From an uncultured delta proteobacterium (GTDB taxonomy: Bacteria > Myxococcota > Myxococcia > Myxococcales > Myxococcaceae): DNA of 64,000 nt. The stretch spans positions 576,001-640,000 of the forward strand of contig CAVQKE010000004.1 in assembly GCA_963713045.1 (NCBI GenBank), read 5' to 3'. Below, one piece after another: positions 10,528 through 19,777 of this stretch (its first letter is position 1; each line of letters begins with the position of its first letter). The position numbers and the translations under genes are program-made. The notes beneath the pieces were generated by a model. It made no database searches. It saw only the letters and a list, made by a program, of their open reading frames with translations, and was not told the origin of the DNA.

Positions 10528-10602
10528 GGCGAGATGGCTTTGACAGTCTTTCGGGGCGCGTGCCATACACCGGAGCCGACGGGGCTGGAAGGGGGAGCGC
10601 CC

Positions 10603-10818
10603 ATGTTCACTGGGGTGAAGGTTTTTTCGGCCACCAAGGCGAAGGAGCGTGAGGAGCTCGGTGAGGCCATCACGCGCTGGTTGAGAGGCAACCCAGACCT
10701 CGAAGTCGTCGACCGGGTGGTTTGCCAGTCGAGCGACAACGAGTTCCATTGTTACACCGTGGTCCTCTTCTACCGCCAGGCAAGTCCGAGGCCAGAAGCA
10801 AAGCCGACCCAGCCCTGA
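10603..10818 (+). CDS. small hypothetical protein
   Basis: RBS GGGGAG before ATG; globular-looking MFTGVKVFSATKAKEREELGEAITRWL...QSSDNEFHCYTVVLFY. Confidence 0.75.
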   Translation: MFTGVKVFSATKAKEREELGEAITRWLRGNPDLEVVDRVVCQSSDNEFHCYTVVLFYRQASPRPEAKPTQP

Positions 10819-10821
10819 GGT

Positions 10822-11355
10822 TCAGCGCCCAAGCAGTTGAGCAAGCTTCAGCAACGCTAAGCGGACTCGGGTTTTGACCGTCCCCAACGGCTGGCCGGTG
10901 CGTTCGGCCATCTCCGTTTGCGAAAGGCCCTCCCAATAGGCCATTTCGAGGGCCAGGCGTTGCGCGGCAGGAAGCGCCGCCAGCGCGCGTTGGATGCGCG
11001 ACGCGTCCTGCGCCGCGGCGGAGAGCGCGTCCGGAAGCAAGGGCGCGGACATGGCCGGCTCGGCGCTTTTGGCTTCGACCAGACGGCCCCGCGCTGAGCG
11101 CGAGCGCAGCCGGTCAATGGCCCGCGTTCGCGTGATGGTTAACAGCCACGCCTCGACTGTGCCGCGCGTCGGCGAGTACTCGCGGGCGCGCCTCCAAGCC
11201 TCGAGGAAAGTTTCCTGAAGCACCTCTTCGGCGTCGGCGCGCACCCGCAGCACACGAAGGGCGACACCCATCGCGCGTGAGCCATGGCGCCGGTACAGCG
11301 CCTCCAAAGCGTCGGGGTCTCCCCGCCCGGCACGGGCGAGGAGTTCTGAATCCAT
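10822..11355 (-). CDS. ECF sigma-70 factor (SigK-like)
   Basis: DAEEVLQETFLEAWR, WLLTITRTRAIDRLR, YWEGLSQTEMAERTGQPLGTVKTRVRLAL. Confidence 0.92.
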   Translation of the reverse strand: MDSELLARAGRGDPDALEALYRRHGSRAMGVALRVLRVRADAEEVLQETFLEAWRRAREYSPTRGTVEAWLLTITRTRAIDRLRSRSARGRLVEAKSAEPAMSAPLLPDALSAAAQDASRIQRALAALPAAQRLALEMAYWEGLSQTEMAERTGQPLGTVKTRVRLALLKLAQLLGR

Positions 11356-11498
11356 CGCGGCGGGAGGCGAAGACAAGGGGGGCGGCAAGACGGGCGCCGA
11401 AGATGAGGTTACACCGCACCTACCGGCTCCGCTTCGGCAAACTTGGGCTACGCTCGCGGCGCGTCTGGACGCCGCCGCCCAGGGAGGCAAATCCGCCG

Positions 11499-13727
11499 TT
11501 GACTCCCGCTTCGACACCACTCGAGGGAGCCGCCCTGGAGGCTGCGCTCCACCAACTGGTCGCCTTGCGCCACCCCGAGCCACACCAGGTGCTGGGCATG
11601 CACAGCATTCGCGGGGACTTGGTGGTGCGGGCCTGGCGACCTGAGGCCCGAGCCGCAATCGTGGTTGCTGACGACGGGCGCCGCTTCCCCATGACGTCGG
11701 TCGGCAGCGGGCTGTTCTCCCTTGAACTGCCTGGAACGCCAGCCTTCCCCTACCGTTTCGAGGTGCACTACCCAGGCCGCTCTTTCACCCTTCGAGACCC
11801 TTACGCTTATTGGCCGACGCTCGGCGAGGTTGACCTCTACCTGTTGGGCGAGGGGCGCCACCAGCGCCCCTGGGAGCGCCTGGGCGCTCACCCACTTCAG
11901 CACGGCGGCGTCGAGGGGACTGCCTTCGCGGTGTGGGCACCCACGGCGGCGAGCATCTCGCTGGTCGGCGACTTCAATGGTTGGGACGGACGCATCCACC
12001 CCATGCGTCGAATGGGGAGCTCCGGTGTCTGGGAGCTCTTCCTCCCGGAGGTTGGCGAAGGCGCCAAGTACAAATTCGAGGTCCGGCCCGCCTCGGGCGG
12101 CCCGCCGATGTTGAAAGCGGACCCCTACGCCTTTCGAACGGAGCTGCCGCCGCACAACGCCTCGGTGGTCCACAGCATTGGGAAGTACAGCTGGGGGGAC
12201 CAGGCTTGGATGGGGGCCCGCGCACGGTGGGACATGCGTCAGGCGCCGCTGAGCATTTACGAGGTGCACCTCGGCAGTTGGCGTCGGGTGGTGCAGGAGG
12301 ACAATCGGCCTCTCAGCTACCGGGAGCTGGCCCCCCAACTGGTGGACTACGTCCGCCGCCTCGGCTTTACCCACGTCGAATTTCTCCCGGTGGCGGAACA
12401 CCCGTTTGGCGGCAGCTGGGGCTACCAGGTGAGCAACTACTACGCGCCCACGGCGCGCTACGGCAGCCCGGATGACTTCCGGTTTCTCGTGGATTCGTTG
12501 CACCAAGCGGGAATCGGCGTCCTGGTGGACTGGGTCCCGGCCCACTTTCCCCGTGACATCTGGGCGCTGGCGCGCTTCGACGGCACCCCGCTGTATGAGC
12601 ATGCGGACCCCCGCCGAGGGGAGCAACCTGATTGGGGAACCCTGGTCTTCGACCTTGCCCGGCACGAAGTCCGCAACTTCCTCGTGTCCAACGCCCTCTT
12701 CTGGGCGGAGCAGTACCACGTGGACGGCCTTCGGGTGGATGCCGTGGCCTCGATGCTGTACTTGGACTACTCGCGCCGAGCCGGCCAATGGGTCCCCAAC
12801 CGCTGGGGTGGCCGCGAGAATGAGGAAGCCATCGCCTTCTTCCGCGAGGTGAACGGCACCCTCGGCACGCTTCACCCAGACGTGCTGGTCATCGCCGAGG
12901 AGTCGACGGCGTGGCCCAAAGTGACCCACCCGGTGAAGGACGGCGGACTGGGCTTCAGCCTGAAGTGGAACATGGGGTGGATGCACGACACCATTCGCTA
13001 CTTCTCGGTCGACCCATTCTTCCGGAGCAAGAACCACACCGCCCTCACCTTCGGGACGATGTACGCCTACAGCGAGCGCTTCGTGCTCCCTCTGTCCCAT
13101 GACGAGGTGGTGCACATGAAGGGTTCGCTCTACGAGAAGATGCCTGGCGGGCCGGTGCAAAAGGTTGCCAACCTCCGGGCGCTCCTTGCGTGGATGTGGG
13201 CCCACCCCGGTCGCAAATTGCTCTTCATGGGAGGTGAATTCGGCCAGCAGGCAGAGTGGAACCACGACCGGAGCCTCGACTGGCACTTGCTCGACCAGCC
13301 GGCCCACCTCGGCGTGCAGCGCTTGGTGACGGACCTCAACGCGCAGTACCGGGCCTTTCCCGCGCTTCACCTACGCGACGACGTCCCCGAGGGCTTCCAG
13401 TGGATTCAAGCCGACGCAGCAGGCGCCAACGTCTACGCCTTCGTCCGCCGGGGCCAAACGCTGAATGACGACGTGGTGGTGGTGGCCAACCTGTCGGCCT
13501 CTCCCTGGCCACATTATCGGGTGGGCTTCCCTCGAGAATCTGCCTACAGGATGGTGCTGGACACGGACGCCCGCGCCTACGGCGGCACGTCGGAGGGCGA
13601 CATTTCCGTCGCCACGGAGGCCAAGCCCTGGGACGGTCAGCCCGTTTCCGCGGAGCTCTCCCTGCCACCGCTGACCGTCCGCTGGTTTCGGGCAAGCACG
13701 CTCGCAACGTCCAGCAGCTCCGGCTGA
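11499..13727 (+). CDS. glgB: 1,4-alpha-glucan branching enzyme
   Basis: IYEVHLGSW, SWGYQ, DWVPAHFP, DGLRVDAVASMLYLDYSR, IAEEST, WNMGWMHD, LPLSHDEVVH; TTG start with AGGGAGG RBS. Confidence 0.96.
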   Translation: MTPASTPLEGAALEAALHQLVALRHPEPHQVLGMHSIRGDLVVRAWRPEARAAIVVADDGRRFPMTSVGSGLFSLELPGTPAFPYRFEVHYPGRSFTLRDPYAYWPTLGEVDLYLLGEGRHQRPWERLGAHPLQHGGVEGTAFAVWAPTAASISLVGDFNGWDGRIHPMRRMGSSGVWELFLPEVGEGAKYKFEVRPASGGPPMLKADPYAFRTELPPHNASVVHSIGKYSWGDQAWMGARARWDMRQAPLSIYEVHLGSWRRVVQEDNRPLSYRELAPQLVDYVRRLGFTHVEFLPVAEHPFGGSWGYQVSNYYAPTARYGSPDDFRFLVDSLHQAGIGVLVDWVPAHFPRDIWALARFDGTPLYEHADPRRGEQPDWGTLVFDLARHEVRNFLVSNALFWAEQYHVDGLRVDAVASMLYLDYSRRAGQWVPNRWGGRENEEAIAFFREVNGTLGTLHPDVLVIAEESTAWPKVTHPVKDGGLGFSLKWNMGWMHDTIRYFSVDPFFRSKNHTALTFGTMYAYSERFVLPLSHDEVVHMKGSLYEKMPGGPVQKVANLRALLAWMWAHPGRKLLFMGGEFGQQAEWNHDRSLDWHLLDQPAHLGVQRLVTDLNAQYRAFPALHLRDDVPEGFQWIQADAAGANVYAFVRRGQTLNDDVVVVANLSASPWPHYRVGFPRESAYRMVLDTDARAYGGTSEGDISVATEAKPWDGQPVSAELSLPPLTVRWFRASTLATSSSSG

Positions 13728-13818
13728 GCCTCTCCAACAAGTCTGCGGCTGTGCTCCTCGGCCCGCTGGACAGTGTGGTCCACTTCCACAGGGCGTTTGC
13801 GAGTCAGGAGGTGCAAGC

Positions 13819-14463
13819 TTGAAGCTCTACCGGTTCCCGTACAGCTGCTACGCGCTGAAGATTCAATGTCTCCTCGGCCTCGCTGGCCTGCGCGCGGAGG
13901 TGGAGGACGTCCCGTATGGAGACCGTTCCGGGTTGGTTGCGCTCACCGGGGGCTACATCCACGTGCCGGTGTTGGTGGACGCTTCGGGCAGCGTCCATGT
14001 GGACTCGCGGACCATTTCCCACTTCATCCTGGCGCAGGCACCGGGCCTCGCCCCCGCCCCGCTGGAGGGCCCGGTGTGGGCCTACGCCGACTGGTGTGAC
14101 CAGGTCCTGGAGGACGTCTGCTTCAAGCTGGCCGCCCCAGCCGTCCGGGGTAAGTTTTTGCGCCCCGCCGAGCGCGCGCTCTACACGCTCATCAAAGAGC
14201 GCAAATACGGAACTGGGTGCGTCGAGGCGTGGGAGCGGTCCGCTGCCGACCTCCTCGAGCGCGCTCGGGCGGCGCTCGCTCCCTCCGAGCGAACGCTTCG
14301 GACCTGTTCTTTCGTCTTTGGCGAGCAAGCCTCCCTGGCCGACGCAGCTCTCTGGGGCCAGCTGGCGATGATGCGCTATGGGGGCATCCCGCCTGAAGCC
14401 TTAGGCACGTCCTTCCCGGCCTGGACGACGCGACTCGAGGCGCGCATGACGCGCCCCCTTTAG
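13819..14463 (+). CDS. glutathione S-transferase family protein
   Basis: KLYRFPYSCYALKI, HVPVLVD, DSRTISHFI, FVFGEQASLADAALWGQL; AGGAG RBS. Confidence 0.85.
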   Translation: MKLYRFPYSCYALKIQCLLGLAGLRAEVEDVPYGDRSGLVALTGGYIHVPVLVDASGSVHVDSRTISHFILAQAPGLAPAPLEGPVWAYADWCDQVLEDVCFKLAAPAVRGKFLRPAERALYTLIKERKYGTGCVEAWERSAADLLERARAALAPSERTLRTCSFVFGEQASLADAALWGQLAMMRYGGIPPEALGTSFPAWTTRLEARMTRPL

Positions 14464-14496
14464 ACGGACACCTCCAAGGGGCCCGGGCTGTCGACG

Positions 14497-15021
14497 TCAG
14501 CCAGCCGCGCGTCGCAGCGAGGACACCCACGGCCCGGGAAGCCCGGCGGCCTCGGCACCGCGCGCCAGCGCCGCTACGAAGCGCTCGCTGACGGGGCCCT
14601 CCAAGCTCTTCCGCGTCGGCGCCGTGGTGAAGGCGGTGGCCTCCAACTCCTGACCCTCCAGCCGGACCTGGACGGGGCGCTCGACGCACATGTGCGTCAC
14701 CCACCCCTCCTTGTGTTGGATGATGGGCCAGTCCTTTTCCGGAATGCGGAACAGGAGCCCGTAGACGGAGGCACCCGGCCGGTCGACCAGACCGGCGACG
14801 CGGCCGCCCCACCACTTGGATGGAAAGTCGTACTCCAGGGCGAGGCCCACCGCTTCGGCCAGCTGTCCTTGGGGCAACTCGAAGAAGTCGTAACCGTGCT
14901 GGTGGCGCCATTCCTCGAAAGCCTCGCGGTCCAAAATCGTGGAATAGGCAAAGTATGCACGCTCACCGCTGCCCGGCGCTTCGGCACGGCGGGCCATCAC
15001 TTGGTCGTAGTGCGCATCCAT
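14497..15021 (-). CDS. gamma-glutamylcyclotransferase family protein
   Basis: YFAYST, WGGRVAGLV, SVYGLLFRI, HKEG motifs. Confidence 0.8.
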   Translation of the reverse strand: MDAHYDQVMARRAEAPGSGERAYFAYSTILDREAFEEWRHQHGYDFFELPQGQLAEAVGLALEYDFPSKWWGGRVAGLVDRPGASVYGLLFRIPEKDWPIIQHKEGWVTHMCVERPVQVRLEGQELEATAFTTAPTRKSLEGPVSERFVAALARGAEAAGLPGPWVSSLRRAAG

Positions 15022-15040
15022 CGCGCGTCGGCCTCCAGAC

Positions 15041-16514
15041 TCATGGCTTCACCGCAGTTGGTTGTCGCATGCGGCTGTGCCGCCGTCCGTACAGGAAATA
15101 CAGCGTCACCCCTGCTACTTGCCAGACCACGAAGCGCAACCAGGTGATGAGGGGCAGATACAGCATCAGAATGCCACAGCAAACCACCGCCGCCACCGGC
15201 ACCCAAGGGACACCCGGGCAGCGGAAGGGGCGCCGCTGGTCCGGCTTGGTGCGGCGCAGGACGAGGACACCCAGCGAGACGAGGATGAAGGCAAACAGCG
15301 TCCCGATGTTGGTGAATTCGATGGCCTCGCTGATGTCCACGAACGTGGCGGGGACCCCGACGCAGACGCCGGTGAGAATGGTGGTGACGTACGGCGTCCG
15401 GAACCGAGGGTGGATTTTGGCCGCCCATGGCGGCAGAAGCCCGTCTCGGGCCATGACCATGAAGATGCGCGGCTGCCCCAGCTGAAAGACGAGTAGGACC
15501 GCGGTGAGGGCAATGACGGCGCCAAAGGACAGAAATCCGGCCAAGCGCTGAAGCCCTGCCCCTTCCAGCGCTTTGGCAAGGGGGTCTCCAACGCCCAGCT
15601 CGCGCCAGGGCACCATGCCGGTCAGTACGAGGGTGACTGCGATGTAAAGCACCGTGCAAATGGCGAGCGTCGCAATCATCGCGCGGGGGATGTCGCGCTG
15701 CGGATTCCTCGCCTCCTCCGCCGTCGTCGAGATGGCGTCAAAGCCGATGTAGGCAAAGAAGATGATGGCGGCTCCACTGAGAATTCCCCGGATGCCGTAC
15801 GGAGCGAACGGCACCCAGTGCGCTGGGCTGATATGAAACGCGCCGACGCAGATGAAGCCGACGACGATGGTCAGCTTCAGTGCCACCATAAAGGCATTGA
15901 CCCGCGAACTCTCCTGCACGCCCAGCACCAGCAGCACTGTGATGGCACCGACAATCGCTCCGGCTGGAAGATTGAAGACAATCGGAATACCAAAAACGTG
16001 TGGCGCAGCGTCGAAGAGGCCTGGCGTCTCTCGAGCATGGTTCAGCGTGGTGGACAGCCACGGAGGAAGAGAGAGGCCGAAGTTGCGCCAGCAGGGTCTT
16101 GAAATAGTCTGCCCAGCTCACTGCAACGGCGACGTTTCCCACGGCATACTCGAGGATGAGGTCCCAGCCGATAATCCACGCCACGACTTCACCCAAGGTG
16201 ACGTAAGCGTAGGTATAGGCACTGCCGGAAACCGGAACGACGGACGCCAGCTCCGCATAGCAGAGGGCGGCGAATCCACAGGCAACGGCGACCAGGATGT
16301 AGGAGATGACCAACGCTGGGCCCGCGGGAAGCCGACCCTCCGCCCCGGCGGCAGCGGAACCTGGCGCGCTGAAAATGCCGGCGCCAATGACGGCGCCAAT
16401 GCCCAGCGCCGTGAGGTCAACGACGCCCAGCGACCTTCTCAGCTTGTGTTCGCTGGCCTCGGCGTCGGCGCATGCAGCCTCGACGCCTTTGGTCCGAAAA
16501 AGTGCGGTGAGCAC
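15041..16514 (-). CDS. APC-family amino acid permease, +1 frameshift near 16080
   Basis: LGIGAVIGAGIF, CYAELAS, GSAYTYAY and IIGWDLILEY in one frame; FFAYIGFDAISTTAEE, PRIFMVMARDGLLP and RPFRCP in the next. Confidence 0.92.
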
Positions 16515-16662
16515 GCAGGACGACGTCCTAGCACGCTCGTGCAGGCCGCAGCGGGCTTCTCTCGAATCGGGAAAGGCTTTCCTGCCCGAGGGGGGCGGCC
16601 TCTGGCGTGGCCCGCTCGACAGACCCCTCTTGATGAGCGCGTCGGGCTAGCCTCGAGAGCGC

Positions 16663-19629
16663 CTAGTTTTGGGGACCCTTGCGCAACATCATTCCATCCG
16701 TCACGAAGAGTGCCCGATCCACCACGCCTGGGTCTCCGCTCAGCAAGAGAACGGCCGTTTTTCGGCATGCAATCGCCACCCGACTCACGTCCTCCGGAGT
16801 CACCGCGGCCAACGCCTCCCCATACGTCTGCAGCAAGTCCGCCGGCAACTCCGCAAGGCGCGCCCAAACCAAACCCCGGGCCAACTCGACGTTGGTCGTA
16901 TAGCGAGTGTTCCACCCCATCGCCTGACGCCATTTCAACAGTGCAAGCTCATCTTCCCCGAGGGTTAAGTCATCCAGCGCTGCAAGCTCGCTGCGTGCGG
17001 CCACCAGGACGGGCGTCAGCGCCCGAGAATCGACTGCCCCAGCAACATCCACGCGGGCGCCGGCCCGTGAAAGGGTGGCCCCGCCCGCGAAGCCTTCGCT
17101 TCCCCCCAGCGTCGTGCGTGCAAGTGTCCCCAGCTTCGTTCGCAGCCGCGCACCCAGCATCCGTATGGCCAGGAGGTCCGTTGGGCTTTGCGGCTCGATG
17201 CCACAGCCGAGCCGGATTTCCGTCCGTTCGGCCCCCGGACGGTCGACCGTCAACAGACGCACGGGGCCGGGGCGTTCTCTAATTTTCCCTGGTGCCGCCT
17301 CTGCCTGCGGGGCCCGCTCCCCTTTCCACCCTTCAAAAAGCTTGCGGACCTGCTCTTCCGTCTCCGAAAGGTTGATGTCGCCAACGACTGCCAGCACCGC
17401 ATTTCCAGGCCGAAAGCTTTCGTCAATCCAGCGGTTAATGTCGCGCGTTCCAAGCTTCTGGAAGTCGGCGGCTTGCGCGGTGCGCCCCAGCGTCGAGCCA
17501 GGGTACACCTCGGCCAGGAATTTGCGGTCGGCCTCGGCACTGGGGGAAACGTCAAAGCGGTGCCGTCCATCCACCAAGTCATTCCAACGTTCTGCAAGGC
17601 CGTCGTCGACGTGCAGGGACTGGGCGGTGTCCGACAGGACAGCCAGCAAGGCTGCAAGGTTTCCGGAGGCAGCACGCCCTTCCAGGTAGCTCGCATCCGG
17701 GCCAGTGACGAGGGCCAGGTTGCCGCCAAAGGACGACGGCGGCCCATTGTTAACTTGCAGCGGGACAGCCAACCGGCTGGCAAGCTGAGCGACTCCAAGG
17801 GGTTCTGCGGTTGCACTTCCCCCTCTGACGCCGACGGTGGCGGCCACCGTCGGCGCCCCAAGCCGACGCACCAGGAGGACTTGCAAGCCATTCTTGAGGG
17901 TCACACTTCGGGCTTCGCCCGCCGGGCCGTGCGCATACGTCTTCAGCGCACCGGAGGAGATTTTGACCCGCGCGTCGTCGGCGGCGAAGACGCTGGGAGG
18001 TCCTCCGCTGTCGTTTGCCTCAATGCTTTCGCCGTTGGGCTCGACGAACACCACACGAGCGCGGTCTCGGCTCAACCACTGAAGGGTGAAGTTCTGCCAC
18101 GTGGAGGGGCCGACTTCCGTCAGCGCCGTCATGTCCTTCCCCCACGCTTCGGAGTCACCTGTCCAGTGCGCCAACGTGGCCCGGTCCACCGCACGTCCGA
18201 GGACGGATTCGGTCTCCACCACGTCGCCCACTAGCGCCGTCATCTGGTAACGGGAAACGCGGACCGGCACCGTGCCCTCAGCAGACCTATTATTTTGTAC
18301 GGCCAGCGTGTAGTCGCCGTTGATACTCGGCGACAGGGGCATGGCGCCGTTGGCGTTCATGTGCGGGTTGACGCTGTTGTTACCTGAGCCCATCGACCCC
18401 GTGAAGGTGGTGCCGGTTTGGGCATTGATCGGGGGAGCGAAACCCCGAGCGAACAGGTTGGAGGGGCCCAACTCGCTGTTCTCTTCTTGGCCGCTCTTGG
18501 TGGTGCTGGGGTCCGAAAAGCGATGAAACTGGTCGAGCACCCGCTCCAGACTCTTCTCCGGATTGCGGCCTTCCTTAAGGGCCACCGCACAAACCAGCGT
18601 GCTGCTGTCCCGTCCTGCCACCAGCGTCGCGCGAATGTCCTTGATGTCGGACGTCGCACTCACCCAAATCGGCACTGCTTCGATGGCAGAGCGCACCGCC
18701 CGTTCCAACGTCCCGTCTGCCGAATAGCCGCGCGGCAACGACCAGCTGATGTAGAGCATCGGGCCGGCGACCGGGGCCTGCACTGCTGCAACCGCCTGTG
18801 TGGCCGGAGTTGGCGGCACCGCCGGAGTCTCTTTCGACAGCCGAACCGGAGGCCGCACCGGCCCACTGGCTGGTGCCTCGATGAATTGCTTGGGGAGTGT
18901 CGCGCCGAACACCTGGTGAATGGTGCTCAACTCCAGGTCCCCCGCGACGTACAGCGTCACGTTGCTCGGCACATAGTATTTCTCGACGAACGCTTGAGCG
19001 TCGGCCACCGACAACTCGGAGACACTCTTCATCGTCCCGAGCACCGGCCGATGGTACCGGTGCCCCTCGGGGTACAGTGCCTGGTACAGCTTCGTCTGCA
19101 CCGCACCCGGCGCACCTTGCTCGTCCCGCTCCGCCAGCTCCGCCTTCACGTTGTCGCGTTCCACTTCGAAGACGTGCGCGTCCAGTCCAGCCAATGGCCC
19201 TGCCAGCCGGCCACCTTCAATGACCAGGAGGTTTCGCAGGGCTTCTTTCGGCCCGACCACCCCATACGTCGTCACATCATGGGTGGTAGCGCCGTTCCAA
19301 CTTGCCGCCCCGGCGAAGTCCAGCAAGTTGGAACGTTGAATTCTGCCGTCTGGCTTCGCCCGCGCGGTGAGGTGCTCGACCAGATGGGCCAGTCCCTCTT
19401 TTCCGACTGGGTCATCGGCGGCCCCACCGCTAATGACAGCAACCAACGCCACCACCGGCTTACTGTGGTCCTCTTCGATGACAATGCGCATGCCCGAGGG
19501 CAGCTCGATGGTGCCCACCTTGTCCAAACTCTCTCCGATGGAGAGAGTCGTCGCTGGGCTTGCGCTGGCGCTTCCCAGCATCCAACTGACTGACAGGACG
19601 AAGCTCGCTCCACTCAAAAGCCGCTTCAT
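16663..19629 (-). CDS. secreted two-module M16 family zinc peptidase
   Basis: signal peptide, GLAHLVEHL (HxxEH), NGATTHDVTTY, YYVPSNVTLYVAGD; second module TLKNGLQVLLV lacks HxxEH. Confidence 0.88.
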   Translation of the reverse strand: MKRLLSGASFVLSVSWMLGSASASPATTLSIGESLDKVGTIELPSGMRIVIEEDHSKPVVALVAVISGGAADDPVGKEGLAHLVEHLTARAKPDGRIQRSNLLDFAGAASWNGATTHDVTTYGVVGPKEALRNLLVIEGGRLAGPLAGLDAHVFEVERDNVKAELAERDEQGAPGAVQTKLYQALYPEGHRYHRPVLGTMKSVSELSVADAQAFVEKYYVPSNVTLYVAGDLELSTIHQVFGATLPKQFIEAPASGPVRPPVRLSKETPAVPPTPATQAVAAVQAPVAGPMLYISWSLPRGYSADGTLERAVRSAIEAVPIWVSATSDIKDIRATLVAGRDSSTLVCAVALKEGRNPEKSLERVLDQFHRFSDPSTTKSGQEENSELGPSNLFARGFAPPINAQTGTTFTGSMGSGNNSVNPHMNANGAMPLSPSINGDYTLAVQNNRSAEGTVPVRVSRYQMTALVGDVVETESVLGRAVDRATLAHWTGDSEAWGKDMTALTEVGPSTWQNFTLQWLSRDRARVVFVEPNGESIEANDSGGPPSVFAADDARVKISSGALKTYAHGPAGEARSVTLKNGLQVLLVRRLGAPTVAATVGVRGGSATAEPLGVAQLASRLAVPLQVNNGPPSSFGGNLALVTGPDASYLEGRAASGNLAALLAVLSDTAQSLHVDDGLAERWNDLVDGRHRFDVSPSAEADRKFLAEVYPGSTLGRTAQAADFQKLGTRDINRWIDESFRPGNAVLAVVGDINLSETEEQVRKLFEGWKGERAPQAEAAPGKIRERPGPVRLLTVDRPGAERTEIRLGCGIEPQSPTDLLAIRMLGARLRTKLGTLARTTLGGSEGFAGGATLSRAGARVDVAGAVDSRALTPVLVAARSELAALDDLTLGEDELALLKWRQAMGWNTRYTTNVELARGLVWARLAELPADLLQTYGEALAAVTPEDVSRVAIACRKTAVLLLSGDPGVVDRALFVTDGMMLRKGPQN

Positions 19630-19777
19630 GCTCCCCTCATTGCGCTTCTCTGCCATTCGGCAAACATCCGTGCTCCGCCTGTTACCAAGCGTAGACCCTC
19701 TGCGTTCCGGGCGTCAGGCGGCCTGGCTCAGCGAGCAGCCTGATGCCGGCACCAGCATTCGGAGGTCCTGGACTTCC

